Assembly (NCBI RefSeq): GCF_036321535.1
Contig: NC_087451.1
Coordinates: forward strand, 46,252,001-46,316,000
Direction of reading: 5' to 3'
Length of the DNA: 64,000 bases
Source: Camelus dromedarius
Lineage: Eukaryota
Shown here: piece by piece, positions 46,945 through 59,866 of the stretch
Position numbering within the stretch: the stretch's first letter is position 1
Layout: each line of letters starts with the position of its first letter
Made by a program: the position numbers and the translations under genes
The notes under the pieces: model-generated
Told to the model about the DNA's origin: nothing
Database searches by the model: none
What the model saw: the letters and a program-made list of their open reading frames with translations, nothing else

Positions 46945-49900
46945 CTCCTGTGAAGTGTAGACCAGCAGATTACATTAAAAAAGGTTTTGTTTCAGTGTGG
47001 TCAGTGGTCACAGTGCATATCTTTTCATCTTTGGCCTAATGATGAGGACACTGCTGAGAGATTAATGGCCCAGGAAGCTAAGGGCGATGGCCTTCAATAG
47101 CTGGCTGTTCTTTTGGCTTGGCTGTGTTAACTTCTGTTCGTGTAGGTTTTGATTTAAACACTGTTTATGTTTGACACTTTTTTTCCCCATTTCTGGTGAA
47201 CAGTTGGTGGAAACAGCTTAATTCATCAGGTGGTATTATGCCTTCTTAGCATCTTGGCAGATAATTTTTTGTGGACTCTTGGTCCAGAAAAAGAGGAAAG
47301 TTTTTTAATCTTTAGCTTAACCCAGCATCTGTCAGCAAAGCCATACTCTTTTTACTAGCTTCCTGCTGTTAGTCCTTCTTTACAGAACACTTTTGGTTAA
47401 ATGTAATGATTGACTTATTTACATTAATCTCCCGTCCTGCATGAACAGAACTGCTTAAGGAAAGGCCAGTGTTCCTGGATGTTTTGTGAAGAGAGCCTCC
47501 TATGAGGGGAGGGAGGCTGAGGTTCTGAGGATCAGAGCTTGGGGCCCTTGGGCCCACAGTTCTGCAGCAAGACCCTGCTGGAGCCCCCAGGGGACCAGGG
47601 CAAGCTGGATCCTTACTGGGTACCAGCTAGGATGTAATTGCGGACATGAGGAAAGGCACGTTGGTAATCACTGTGTTTGTAAGTCACTGTGGGAAGGGGG
47701 TAGGTGGGACCAGAATGTGGGACTTACTTCAGGCAGTGCTTTTGCAACCAAAGACAGTATGGTTGGAGTTGAGAGACCCCAGGAGTGTGGTTTCACCACA
47801 TCTCTTCCACACAGGGGCTCCTGTACTGGTTGGGATTCCTTGGGAGCCCTTCAGCTGCTCATTCCAGGGAGTCCCAGTGAGTCCCAGTGAGCATGGGAGT
47901 CCCATGCTCGAGAGAAACCGTGCACCCCTACCAGCTCCCTGGTAAAACGAAAAGGTCAAGCTTGATGTGTGTCCCAAATGGTGCCCCAGTGGGTTTGCTT
48001 TGCTATGTTTGACGGGAGGGGTTTTTGCAGGGACAGTCTCTCTGGTTGGCCAGGCTCTTGGGCTGACCAGCAGAAGCTGCTTGGGTGCCCTGCTCTGGTT
48101 GGGGCCTGCCCAGGGCCCCACACCAATGTTGATGATGACAGTGGCCCCCAGAATGTTCTTGAGACCCTCCATTCCCCTCAGCTTCTAGAAAATAGAAGAG
48201 CTCTCAGCCTTCATAACTGCTGAGCCCACAAAGGCTGGGACTTCGTCTGCCAGCTTCACAGCCATAATGCCCGTCACACCAGCAGGCGAAATCTGGGGGC
48301 AGCCCAGAGCACTGTACCACGTTTGTACTGCCATCCAGTCTCCCAACACCTTGGGAAAGCGCTAAAGAAACAGACATCACTAAAATGAGTTTCATGCCTT
48401 TTCAGCATGAAACCAGTCTCCTGCAGCTTTTGTCCCCTGGTTATTGTTCCTACTGATTTTGTCACAAAATAGAAATAAAAGCACTGCAAAAGAGCACATC
48501 CAGCAAGTCTTTCTACACCTAGTTTATCTCCTGGTGTGAGAAGTTTACATCCCATTCATTTTATAGTCAGTGACTTGTATATCACGCCTTGTGAGTTCTT
48601 TTTATGTAATTTAGCAGAGGGGAGGGCAAATTTCCCTTTCTTTAAAATGATTACAGGGAAGCAAATGGTGAACTTGTTTATCCAGTGTTGGAAATTCACC
48701 ATCTCGAATTCTCAATTTTGAGGCCAACATTTATGTCACCACAAATGAAACAGGAGTAAAAACTGAACAGTAGGTGACAAGTAAAACACATTGCTTGGCT
48801 GAAAAAGAAGCCTTCAGAAGGCTGGCCAAGCTGCCCCTTGCCTTTGTGTCGCACAAAGCTGTCATGATGATTTATGCCACAAGGGGGCAGCCACGCCTCA
48901 AAACCACTCCCAACCATGAGGGGAGGGGTCGGGGATTTTTCCTGGAAGTAAAAGAGAGGATGGAGTTCAAAGTCCCCCTCCACCACTGTGGGCATTCTGC
49001 AAGTTGTTTGTGCTCAGAGGTGCTGAAGTTGGAGACCCATCCAGATTTTCATTCATTCTCGGCAGAATCTGACAGAACATTAGACCAAAAACTAGAGGAA
49101 ATGGATAGAAATAAATGGAAAGTTAAAAACTAACAAAAAACTAGCACATCTTTCTCTTTGAAAGGAGCCTCTGGGAAAGCAGCTCTGGACAAAAGCTAAT
49201 GCCCCCAGCCACCAGGAACTTACTGGGGACCCAGTGCCTCACCCTTGGCTTGGTGTTTCGGGGCAGGGCAAGCTGAAAAGTCCTCTTCCCTCCCCCAGCC
49301 ACAGCTGCTTGCTCATGGTTAGAATCAGTCATTAAGGCCCAGAGGATAAACAGGCCTCTGGGGACTGATTTCTACCAGCTTCACCTGGGACCTCCTACCA
49401 CTTGCCCCAGGGTTTTCCAGCAACACCAGATGTCACCAAAAGCTGAGCTGCTTTAATCTCCACTTTTGTGGTTCCACCATGTGAAGACCCCAGGAACAGC
49501 ACCTCACCCCAGGTTCCCTGCCTGGTGCTGGAAACCCTGGGTGTGCCGTGCACCTGGGCCCCTCTTGGCCAAGCTACCTCCACCTACCGAGGGAGCAGAC
49601 CCGACTGGCTCACCTGAAAAATGTGTTGTAAAGGAAACACTCAGGTAGACACCTTTACGCTCCAAGATCTTATTTCCTCTGTCTTCATCCGTGAGTGTGC
49701 AGAGAAGCTAGAAGCCAGATGAATGGGTGAGCTGGTGTGCTGCTGTCTGTGGGTGACTGACAGTCTCTGAACTGGGCTGCCAAGTTACACTAGAGCAGCT
49801 GCAAGCGCTGAAAGCATCAGGAAGCCAGGCCTGTGCTCAGAGGCCACGTGCAGCTGAAAATCTGAATACATTACGGATCGTATCAGTTCCGTTCTTACTA

Positions 49901-52652
49901 CATTTGTTTTGTAGGAAGGAGCAGCTTTTATCAACTGAGGCCTCATCGCTGGAGAGGACCACCAACAACACTGCTCCTTCCTGCAAACGCAAGGAGGGAA
50001 CAGCGTGGGGAGAGATGTGGCTGCAGCAGGGTCTGGCCTCCCGGCCTCCTTTGCTTCTCTGATGGTCAGGGTGCATCCTGACTGCAAGCCGGCAGTGGCT
50101 TGATTGGTTGGGGACCTCATTTCCTCTGATGTCAAAGGAGATTTGTTTTGTGGGGCCTGGGTCCTAGTCATGCCTCCTGTATCCCACTGCTAGCCTGTGT
50201 GGGTGACTTGTCTGTGTGAGGCCCGAGTGCCCAGCAATTCAGACTTGAGGCTGGCTGCCCCCCTCGGGCTGCACACTGCTCTCTACAGGCCTGGGGACGG
50301 AGGCGTTCAAGAGATGGCACAATATTGATTAGAAACCCAACAGTCCCTTAAGTCCTACCCAGATCTAGTAACGTTTACTGACTTGGGAAGTACTGCAGAA
50401 GACCACGAGGGTGAGATACATCCAGGCCAAAAAATGAAGCATAGTAACTTCTCTGCGTTCACACTTAAGGCGTACCTACAACATCCTGATGTCAGATTTC
50501 CCCCTGCAGAAGAAATCCCAGCCATAAAGTAGACCCAATATAAGATTTTCCTACATAGAAGCCTCTTGTTTCCTGGAAAATCTCTCCCTTCACACATGCA
50601 CCGTTTGCTAATAAAGAATAATCAGTAATTAATAGACAATAGCCATTTGTCCCCAAAGAATTTTCCCTTGAGCAGCCTGCCTGGAGGAAAGCAGTGTGTG
50701 CTCTTGTCCTGGTTGGTATCAGCAAGGAGGGGATGTGCTCACTTCAACACAGCCACTTCCGGGTGAGTGGAAGATCCTGAACTCCAGGGGCCTGTGCTTG
50801 GTTCAGAGCAGCATCCAGAGGAAGCTGCAGGGGGCACTACTGAGCCTCCCACAGCGTACACTGTTCACCACCTCGGTGTTCAGGTCCTGGCCCCACCTGG
50901 CAAGCCTAGGCCTGCCGGGGGAGAGGACAGCAAACAGAACTATGGCCTGGCCAGCCGCCGCGCCTGCGGACTGCAGGGGCTGGAGTGGGTGCTCGCTCAG
51001 GCCCCTCCCAGGACACTGCCATTCCAAGCCTCAGCACCTCTCCACATGTAGTTTTCTCACTAGGAGGGCCCTTTTGGGTCCAGCTGATCTGTTCCTGGAC
51101 CATATTCTGTATCTCTGTCCCTGCAGAATTCAGTTTGCTGCCCTGAAACAAGGCAGCAGGAGGAGAGAACAGCTTCTTAGTGTCCTTAATTAGACAACAG
51201 GAAAAAACACAGTCTGGCTGAAAATTACCACTTAAAGCTTGGCTGATGCCAAAAAAGCAGTCCCGGCTCCCTGCACTGGGATAAGTGAGAGCCGCTGGTT
51301 CCCAGGACACACTTGGGGTGAGGGGAGCAGGAAGAGAAGCTGGTTCTTAGTTGCCGTCTGGCCTTTACAGCTGCCCACTGAATATGCCAGCCCCAAATAC
51401 GTACCCTTTTCCTTCAGCAGATCTTTATGGTTGGGGACAGGTAAAGACTCTCATCTCTGTTGTGAAAGTGGGTATAGAGCTGGACCTGGAAGTCACTGCG
51501 GTGAACACAAGTCTGGAACCCCAGGGTGGCATTTTTACAGCCACCATCCTGCCTCATCCTGCAGGGCATGGTTTCCCTTGCTCTGGCGGAAGCCCTTGAA
51601 TATGTCACAGCTGGTGTTTTAACCTGCTTCCAATTAGCGACAAGAATTTTAAGGTATTTTGGAGCTGCTTAGTGGGAATTAAGAAGCCACCCACTTCGTC
51701 TGCATCAATAACCTTTAGGATCTCCCACGCTATTGAGACGGAGTTCTCCACTCCCCCAGTGTTTCCTCCCCAGACCCCCACTATATAAATCGAAAGCACC
51801 TTTTCATTAAACCTTGCTGTTGATCTCAGCTAACCTCCACACTCTCTAAAGGGGGAATTCTGGTGTCAAGGGTCCAGTTGACATTAGTGGCAAGTAGTTC
51901 AAGCAGCCCTCTGTGGGCCACAGAAAGATCACTAATGACCTAATTTTCTGCTGCAGTGACTTATGGGGACTCCTCACTGGATGCTGTTCCTTTTGATCCC
52001 GAAGATACGTAGCTGCTAACAGACCACCTTTCCTCCACGGCCATCATGATACAGGGTACAGACAAGAAACCCTGCTTATCTTCCAAGTGAGGCTGACCTC
52101 ACCCTGTCCCCACCCCTTCCCCAGCCCCAGCCCCAGCCCAGGGAGACAATGGCAGTGCTCCGGGGGCAGCCCCCTGCCCGAGGACAGAGCAAGGTCGGAG
52201 TCTCCAGCTACTCCCGTTCCTCACTGGGAGACCTGTGCAGGGCTCCCTGCGTTTCTCCAACTGCCTCCTCAGGATTCCGAGTGTGCGTTCCTTCGAAGGG
52301 GAGGAATGAGCACGTGTGTCCACAAGGATGTCTGTAACCTGAGAATCCACCCCCGGCAAGGGCCAGTCAAACCCGGAGAGATGGCAGCCAGAGCTGCAGC
52401 GGGGATCTGCCTCTGGCACCCTAATCCAAAGGAGCATCCCGGCTTCTGGAGGATTCGACAGATGATCACATCAGGGCTCCGTTCTTGAACATTCTGAAAC
52501 ATAGCTACCAAGTATCTGATGAAAGTCAAGAGGATCTTGTATGCCTCACTCCCTACTGCCCACCCAGTAGAGCACAGCACCCCAAGAAAAAGAGATTTTT
52601 GTTATTAAGAACAGGAAAGGCCAAGTGGTTGATAACGTCCAGAGATGCCTGT

Positions 52653-52658
52653 TTTATT
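52653..52658 (-). terminator. NXN polyadenylation signal AATAAA
   Basis: About 1.4 kb after the stop on the minus strand. Confidence 0.6.
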
Positions 52659-54070
52659 TCTCACTAGGTGATTGCATTTCAGGCTGGTGACATCAAGTAA
52701 CAGTCTAATTATCAACTAATTTTGTACCTCTGAACTACAGATCAGCAATCCAGTTCGGCAAGGAGCGACCGTGTCAACAGCTAATCTGGGGGCTGGGTTT
52801 TCCAAATCAATGGTCTTGGTTGGCAGGATACTTTGAGTGGAGCCAAGGGCAAGGCCTGAGATTGTTTTAAAGACCCTGACACCTGGCTGAGATAGGCTGA
52901 AACCCTGTGAATCCCTAGGTGAAGCCCTCCATCTCAAATCCTAAGGGCACAACTGTTATTTTCCTTTTGAGGTCAGTTCAGCCTAAGCAAGGAGCCAAGC
53001 CAGGCCTTGCAGGGTGGGTCCAGGGCCTAGTTTTAGCTGACATTTCCTCTGCCTTTACTCCTACCTTAGGGCACAGCTCTTTCTCAGGTTCTTAGGAAAA
53101 GCTAGGCTTCCGGTAATCTCTTGTCTCTCTTTAGTTCTGCTTTGAAAAGAAGAGGGAACGCAGGGGTGACCACGGGTGGGCACAGGCACCTCGGCAGAGC
53201 TCCCATGGCCCGGGCCCAGAGTAGGGCTGAGTCAAGCCTGCGCTGGTGAGTGGTGCTCCCCTCGGAACGCAGGGCCACTGTATCTTCTTGGGAAGATGTC
53301 CACGGGGAAGAATTTATTAACGAAATTCCAAGATAGTAGGGGCTGTTCATCTGGAGGCAGAAACTGGGAGAAGGTCAAGATTAAGGAAGAAAGAGCTAGA
53401 AGGAAGAAATAAGCAGCTCTTTCTTATCACATGCTAGGTGCCCCATCCAAGTAAGCAATTACTACATGGATCATTACTGTAGCTACTCTTAGTTCTCACC
53501 AGAAATGAACACAAGCTTCCTTTGAGAGCTGGAGACCCCCTGCCCAAGAACCAACTGACAAGCTGGCTTTCTCTCTCAGACCAAGTCACTGAGGAAGGGA
53601 TGTTCTCACCAGCAGCTCAAAGCTGGGGCTGCCGCAGCTCCTCTCTGCTCCACCTGCACCTACGTGTGTCTGAGCCATCTCGGGCTCTGTGCGTGTGTGC
53701 TGCCACCTGAGGCAGAGCCAGAGCTCCGGTGCTCTGTCCCGTGGTGCCCGCTCGGCAGAGGGCTCCCAACACACAGCTCCCCAAGAGCCCGCAGCTGAGA
53801 GTGCACTCCAGCCCCTGCTCTGGCCGGGTGTGCCAGCCCCATGAATCCCCAGCAGAATCTCCAGGCACGGTGGGTTCTTCTGTTGCTGAGAGGATGCGCA
53901 CCCAGGGTGCTAGCTGAGGAGTTAATGCAGAAAACAAGGCACCACAGAGAGGTTGGACACTTGGGTTGTGTGATTTGGGACACGCTGGAAAAGTCCAAGG
54001 GTGGAGGGAAGGGGGGGAGGGGGAGGAGGAGACTGAGTTTTAAATAATGTCCTGGGAAGCCAGAGCCCCA

Positions 54071-54253
54071 CTAGATGGGCTCTGGTTTGAGCTTTTCTGC
54101 TAGGAAGTCATTCACAAAGGCCTCCACAATGGCGGGGGTGATCTCCTCCACGTCCATCACGTACTTGGCCCGGGCTGACATGTCCAGAATGGTGAGCAAA
54201 GGGGCAGCCTCGGGCAGGTTGGTGTAATCTCGCAGGGAGTCGGTCATGTCATC
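54071..54253 (-). CDS. NXN: NXN last coding exon
   Basis: GACTTCCAG|DDMTDSLRDY...EKLKPEPI, stop TAG; 183 nt. Confidence 0.95.
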   Translation of the reverse strand, partial: DDMTDSLRDYTNLPEAAPLLTILDMSARAKYVMDVEEITPAIVEAFVNDFLAEKLKPEPI

Positions 54254-57200
54254 CTGGAAGTCACCAGAGGGAGAGAAAACCAGTCAGTTTTCTAGAAAGG
54301 GTTCCTCAGATGCCCTAGATGGCACGGAATGCAACCACTCCATCATCCTGGGGAAGCGGGCCACCCTCCCGAAAAGATGGGCACTCAGAAGGGGAGCTGG
54401 GGACCCTGTCCTGCCTTGGGGAGGGGGGAGGCTGGTTCACAAAATTCTCTCTCTGCATCACTCGAAACCCCAGGCAAGTCATCTTTCTTTATTAACATGA
54501 AAGCAACTTTTTGTGAAAACGTGATGGCCTTTGATTACTTACTTTTGCAGTCAACTCTCAATTATCTGCAGCTCCCCTGTGGATTGCCGGAGGCCAGTCT
54601 GGACTTTAATTTTGCAAGGTTTTAAACAGAAACAGCCCACTGCCCCCACCTCCATAGCTTCGGGGGTTGGGGGGCTGGACCTGCACAGCCAGTTTTTGAG
54701 TCTGGGCTCCTAAAGTACTGCAGGCTTACACGGGTCACTATTTATCCCACATTCCCAGTGACCGTTCTGATGAACGTCCCTTGTGTCAGATGTAGCTTTA
54801 TTAAGCATAGAGGCAGACACAAATCCAAAGACAAGGAGAAAGATTTGTGAGGGAGCAACCATTTGAGGTTACCTTTCATGCTGCTGAGAACAGAAAACGG
54901 ACCCTATATACCCAGCCCCAGGCTGTCTCGCTATAAAACGTGCAAAACTCTCACTGGATGAAAAGGCCTTGAGGAGCCCGACAGAAAGAGGGCTTGGGGG
55001 GTATTCCTGGCCTTCGGCGCTGGTGAGCAGGAGGCTCACCAGTTTCTGAGACAAAAACCATTTCTTCCTACAAGGGCAAGTCTTCAGGAAAGATTATTAG
55101 TGATTGTCCTTCTTGCCCCACCCTATAAAACAGCACACACTCCCCAGCTAGGCGGCTGGGTGATTCAGCATCCCTGGCACTGTTCACCCAGTGCAGGCCC
55201 TCCATAAACAACCTTCATGATAAACAAGGGAGACACCTGGACACATACCAGACATCAAATTCCCATTAGGAGGCCCAGGCCAAGCCCGGCGCTGCTCTGC
55301 CTCCCCTTCTCTCTCCCTCTGACCAAACCCAGGGAGATGAATTTTATTGTCTGTTAAGGCTTCAGAAGGGACGACTTCTGCCTGCCAGAGAGGACACAAT
55401 CAAGACAAAGGAGGGACCCCTTAGCCCTGGGAGGAGTGTGAGGGGCTGGAGTCTGGGGCTCAGAGGCACTCAGTTGGTACCTGACCTTCCAGCACCCAAC
55501 CCCCTTCCAGGCTTCCTTGCTTCTGAGGTCAGAGAACTGGACCAAGAGAGCTGCCAAGTCCAGGAGCCCAGGTGAGGAGCATGGGAAGGTGGGTGGGGAC
55601 TGGAGCAGTGGATGACCCTGGTCCTCTGTCCGACTTCCTGGTCCAGGCATCCTGTGCTCCAGGCCGGGCTGGCCCACCTGCGGGACCACCTGGACAGGGA
55701 GGGTGAGAGCACCACTTCTGGGGTCACTACTGATCTCACGTTCACTCCTCTCTCTGCCACCCACTTAATGTGGGCCTTTGGCAAGAAATTTCTCAGAGCC
55801 CAGGTCTCCTAAATCCTATAAAATGGATTCAGTAATGGCTCACATGGGCCTCTGCGAGGGGTGAGAGCCGGCCAGCACGCACAGCCCAGCCGGCCAGACT
55901 CGGAGCAGTCTGACCCTCTCCGAGCCTCACTTTCCCCACCTGTGAAACGTAATGATGCCATTCCCGCCGAGAGGTGAGTACGTGGGTAGTGCAGGTGAGG
56001 CACGTGGCGCGGGGCCTGGCTGGAGGAAACCTGCCGGCCTCATTTCTAAAGTGGCCCCTGGAGCCCTCCAGCCCAACTTCTGCCCCAGCTCAGCCCTTTC
56101 TCCTTTGCACTCATCTTTTCTCTCCCAGCCATTTGGAAGGAGTTAAGAGTTTAATACATTCAGAGCCGCTTTCATTCGTGCTTTGTGTGGGGTGGGCTTG
56201 CCCCCAAGGCAGGGCCCTGTGAACCTGCTTTGTTCCTTTCACCCCACAGCTGAGCAGGGCGACTTCAGCTGCCTTCGAGGGGCCCGCCGAGCAGCAGTGG
56301 CTATTGAGGTGATGAATGGGTGGTTCAGGGTGTCTGGCCGCCTCTGCGTCCCCTGGGATCCAAACACAGCATGAAATGGGCATGGGGCTCTGACCAACTA
56401 GAGGTATAGATGGGAGAAAGGAGGGCAGGGGGCTTCAAAAAGTGTATCTGTCAATAACTGGCTTAGGCAGGGCTGGGGGAGGTGGTGGAGCATGCATGGA
56501 GTGGGGCTCAGGGGCTGGGGGCTGAGGCGGAGTGGCGCTAGATTCCGTCCCCCACCACTGCGGGACACGCTGCGGGACCGGGGCTCCCACACCTGCAGTA
56601 AGGGCAGGCACCTGCGGGGGAGGCAGGCCAGCTAAGGGGCCCGGCTATGTGCCCCGTGGAAAGTGTTCTGCTCTGCCAGAGGCCCTGGGAGGACAGGCCT
56701 CGGGTGGAAGAGACAGGGATGCTAGCAACCTCGGCACTCTCCCTGGGATGGCTGGGTACCTGCAGGTCTGGGTGGTGGCCCCCTGACTGGGATCCTGGAA
56801 GGGGAAGAGCCCACTCTGCAGGCCAATGTAGGGATACTGACCAAGCAGACATTTATAAAGCATCAAGAGCCTGGTTTGGACCCAGCTGAGAGGAAGTAAG
56901 TATTGACCATGATCTTTGGGGCTCCCAGCAGCCTGGCTGCAAGACAGGGACTCTGTCCTGGGAGGGCATCCTGCTGCTCCGAGGCCGCTGAGCCAGAGAT
57001 GGGAAGAAGGAGGCAGCAGGGTGTGGAATTGGTTTTCCATGACTGACGACACATGTACCTTTTCATGCTACGTTTGTCTGTGGGCTCTCCTAGAAGCACC
57101 GTCACCCCAGACCCCTGGCCCTTTCAAACATCCCCAAGGGCCACATCACTTGTGTTCTAAAAGTCGGCCAGCTGGGCCAGCCCCAGGGCCAGACCCCTGT

Positions 57201-59325
57201 GGCACTCACCTCCCCCGCCACAAAGAACAGGAGCGGCGCCTCCTCCTCTTTGGCTTTGTACTTGGCAATGATCTTCTCAGCTATTGGCTGGATCAGCTGC
57301 TTGGCCGCCTCAGACTCCCCGTCATCCTCAGAATCTGTGATGGGGGAGAGAACAACACAGAACGGCACTGGCTTGTCACTCAGACAGAGTGGTGCCCCCT
57401 GAGGGAGCCTGGGTCCAGGGTCCAACACGTCCACCTGGGCAGCCCCTGAATGGAAAAAAGGCCTCCTCCTGGACAGCGGCCTGGCCTCCTGGAAGTACAA
57501 GGGTGTGTCTGCATGCACAGGGCAGCTTGCTTGCTGCTCTCCCACACAGGGCTGTCCTGCACCAAGCCCCCAGGGAAACACACTCACTTCGCCGAGTAGC
57601 ACTAATGCCCAGGCAAACACAACTTTTCTCACTGACCTTTTCACAAACCCACCTTGGAGGCTGGGCTTCCCCTAAGCCAGGAACAACCTGAGGGCCCACA
57701 GTTTTTCTCTCAGTCACAGAATGAGATGCCGTGACCTCAGATCTCTGACTTCCTGATGGAAACACCAGAACTGGTGGTGGTAGTGGTGGGTGAGGACTGT
57801 GGTTCGGTCAGCAGCTTTGGTGGCAGTTGGGAAGCACCAGGGCACTGGAAAGCCAGCTTCATAGCTGGCAATGTGACTTGCTTGGGAGGGGACAGGCTGA
57901 CTGCAGGGGAGAACCCCAGACTGGGCTCCCAGAGCCCACTTTGAGCAGCTTTTGCCTCCAGTGAGACAGCAGCATGGGAGCAGCTCACCCCTGCTGAACC
58001 TGTAACCAAGAGCAAGTGCAAAGCAGGGGAGGGGAGAGCAGGTGCCTGCAAAGGACCACCACCCAGAAACACCGCACCGTCCAGGAGGCCCAGTGCGCAG
58101 GCTGAGCATTATACACTCTAAATCCACATCTAATTACTCGGCGATACTAGGAACTCGCTTCGCCTCTCTGAGACTCGGTTTCCACATCTGCAGATGGCCA
58201 GTGAGGCTCCCAATTGTCCCTCAGTTCAGAACTGTTTCCCAGGGTCCCAGGATGTGGGCGTGCAAGCCTGCAGCAGGCAGGAAAGCCCTAAGGTGAATGA
58301 TTCCCCAAGGCCATCACTCCCCAGCGGCCTCTGTCCTCCAAGCACAGGGCCAGCCTGCAAGTCAGTCTGCCTAAGAATTCCCTCGAGTCTGCACACTGGC
58401 ACCCCTCCTGGGGGCCCTCAAACCAAACCTGCAGAGGATGGGGGTCGGAAGCTGTGCGCAGTGAGGTGCCTACAGTGGCAGCTCAGCCATGACCCATGAT
58501 CCTGGGACCCAGATATATTCTGAGTCAGAACTGAGCAACAAGTCCCAAGGCAGAGGGTGAGATGGCCCTTGGGCAGCAGCCGCTCCATTTGCAGAAGGAA
58601 TCTTAAGGGCCACCCCGTGCGTCTGCAAGGATCCTGGAGTGGATGTTCCTCTGTCCTCCTGCCTGAGTGGGTGCTGGAGTGGGAGAGAGGGGGAGACTGA
58701 GGGACATGGCCCCGGAGAGGCCACACTGGGGCTGCTCATCAGAGCACAGGTGAGCAGGAGCAGCAGCTGGGGGTGCGCCCTGGCCTAAGGAGGCCCAGCC
58801 CCCCGCAGCTGCTGTGCTGCGGCCCAGCCTCCAACAATGGGTCTGTTCATCAGGGGGCCAAGGGCCCCCTCCCAGCCTGACCTCTCCTTCCCAGCTGGCA
58901 GCCAGAGCAGCCAGGAGGGAAAGCACAGCAGCAGCTTCCAGAACACCTCCCACGGGGTGGTGGGGGGAGAACCATGAATAAATCACCGGGGTCAAAGGCA
59001 CGGCTGGGCTGCCAGGCCAGACAAAGGCCCTGGCTCTGCACGGCTGGCGACAGAAAGAAGCTGCAGGGACAGATCCCAGCCCCTCCCCCCACCCCGGAGC
59101 TCTGCCCTCCCTGTCCCACCCTGGGGCTCCCACTGAGCTTCATACCTACAAAAAGGACGAGGCAGGGGCCCTCGTTGAGCTGCACAGCGTTGGAGTCGGA
59201 GAGCTCCAGCACGGGCTTGGGGTGCCATGGGAAGCCTCTGCAGTCCTCATCGTTCAGCACCTCCACCCGCCCCTGCCGCGTGATCACCTCACCCTGCGGG
59301 TCCAGCACTATGAGGGTGGGGATGC
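54071..59325 (-). CDS. NXN: Nucleoredoxin, 5'-partial CDS: last three coding exons complement(join(54071..54253,57210..57334,59146..59325))
   Basis: GIPTLIVLDPQGEVITRQGRVEVLNDEDC...|DSEDDGESEAAKQLIQPIAEK...|DDMTDSLRDYTNLPEAAPLLTILD...KLKPEPI*. No upstream exon found before base 64000. Confidence 0.95.
57210..57334 (-). CDS. NXN: NXN penultimate coding exon
   Basis: CATCACAG|(D)SEDDGESEAAKQ...LLFFVAGE|GTGAGT; 125 nt. Confidence 0.95.
59146..59325 (-). CDS. NXN: NXN third-to-last coding exon
   Basis: CTCTTGCAG|(G)IPTLIVLDPQG...GPCLVLFV|GTATGA; 180 nt. Confidence 0.95.
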
Positions 59326-59850
59326 CTGCAAGAGACAGAGCGAGCTTGGCCAGGGCCCACCCACAGCCCATGGGACAGCCCCCACAGAAACACAGTTCCA
59401 GTCGGAGAGCCCTGGGATGGAATCCAGGCTCAGGCTCTTGAAGAGCCACGGAACCCCCTTGGGTCCACAGGTCACTTCTCCATGGAACCTGACCTCTCTG
59501 CGCCCCAGTATCTCCAGGGCCACGTGGTGAGTGCACTGCAGGTCTACCTCACCCACTAGGTAAAGATCAACGGGGCTGTCCATTTAAGAACTCAGCACAG
59601 GGTCTCAGCACACAGAAGCAGTTGAGAAATTCTGAAGAGATCCCCCACCTGCAGGGAGTCTAAACTTAGCAAGGTGGCATGAACACACACTCTCCCGCAG
59701 TGTACTCACTATAGTGCACAGACCAGTACAGATCAACAAGCAGGGGGGCCCAGCATGTGTAGGTGCAGGGGGCCTGTGGAGCGAGGGGCCTGGGGCAGGG
59801 GCTGCTGCAGGAGAACAGGAAGAGGATAGCTGGCCGCCAGTGAGCCGCCG

Positions 59851-59866
59851 CCCCCCCCCCCCCCCC
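59851..59866 (+). repeat. C16 homopolymer (G16 on the NXN sense strand)
   Basis: NXN intron. Confidence 0.9.

Noticed and set aside
49892-49920. Hairpin TTCTTACTACA...TGTAGGAAGGA as a possible small RNA
   Set aside because: Only about 11 bp with a mismatch and a wobble; does not extend to pre-miRNA or snoRNA structure
51600-51960. Repeat-free stretch with TATATAAA and homeodomain-like TAAT motifs
   Set aside because: Could be a conserved element or an ancient repeat, but nothing in the sequence alone supports a call
54068-54080. CTCF-like CCACTAGATGGGC over the NXN stop codon
   Set aside because: Lacks the conserved C after GG, and the sequence is explained by coding constraint
57102-59536. 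180-aa and 228-aa minus-strand ORFs as independent genes
   Set aside because: They are NXN exons plus in-frame intronic read-through
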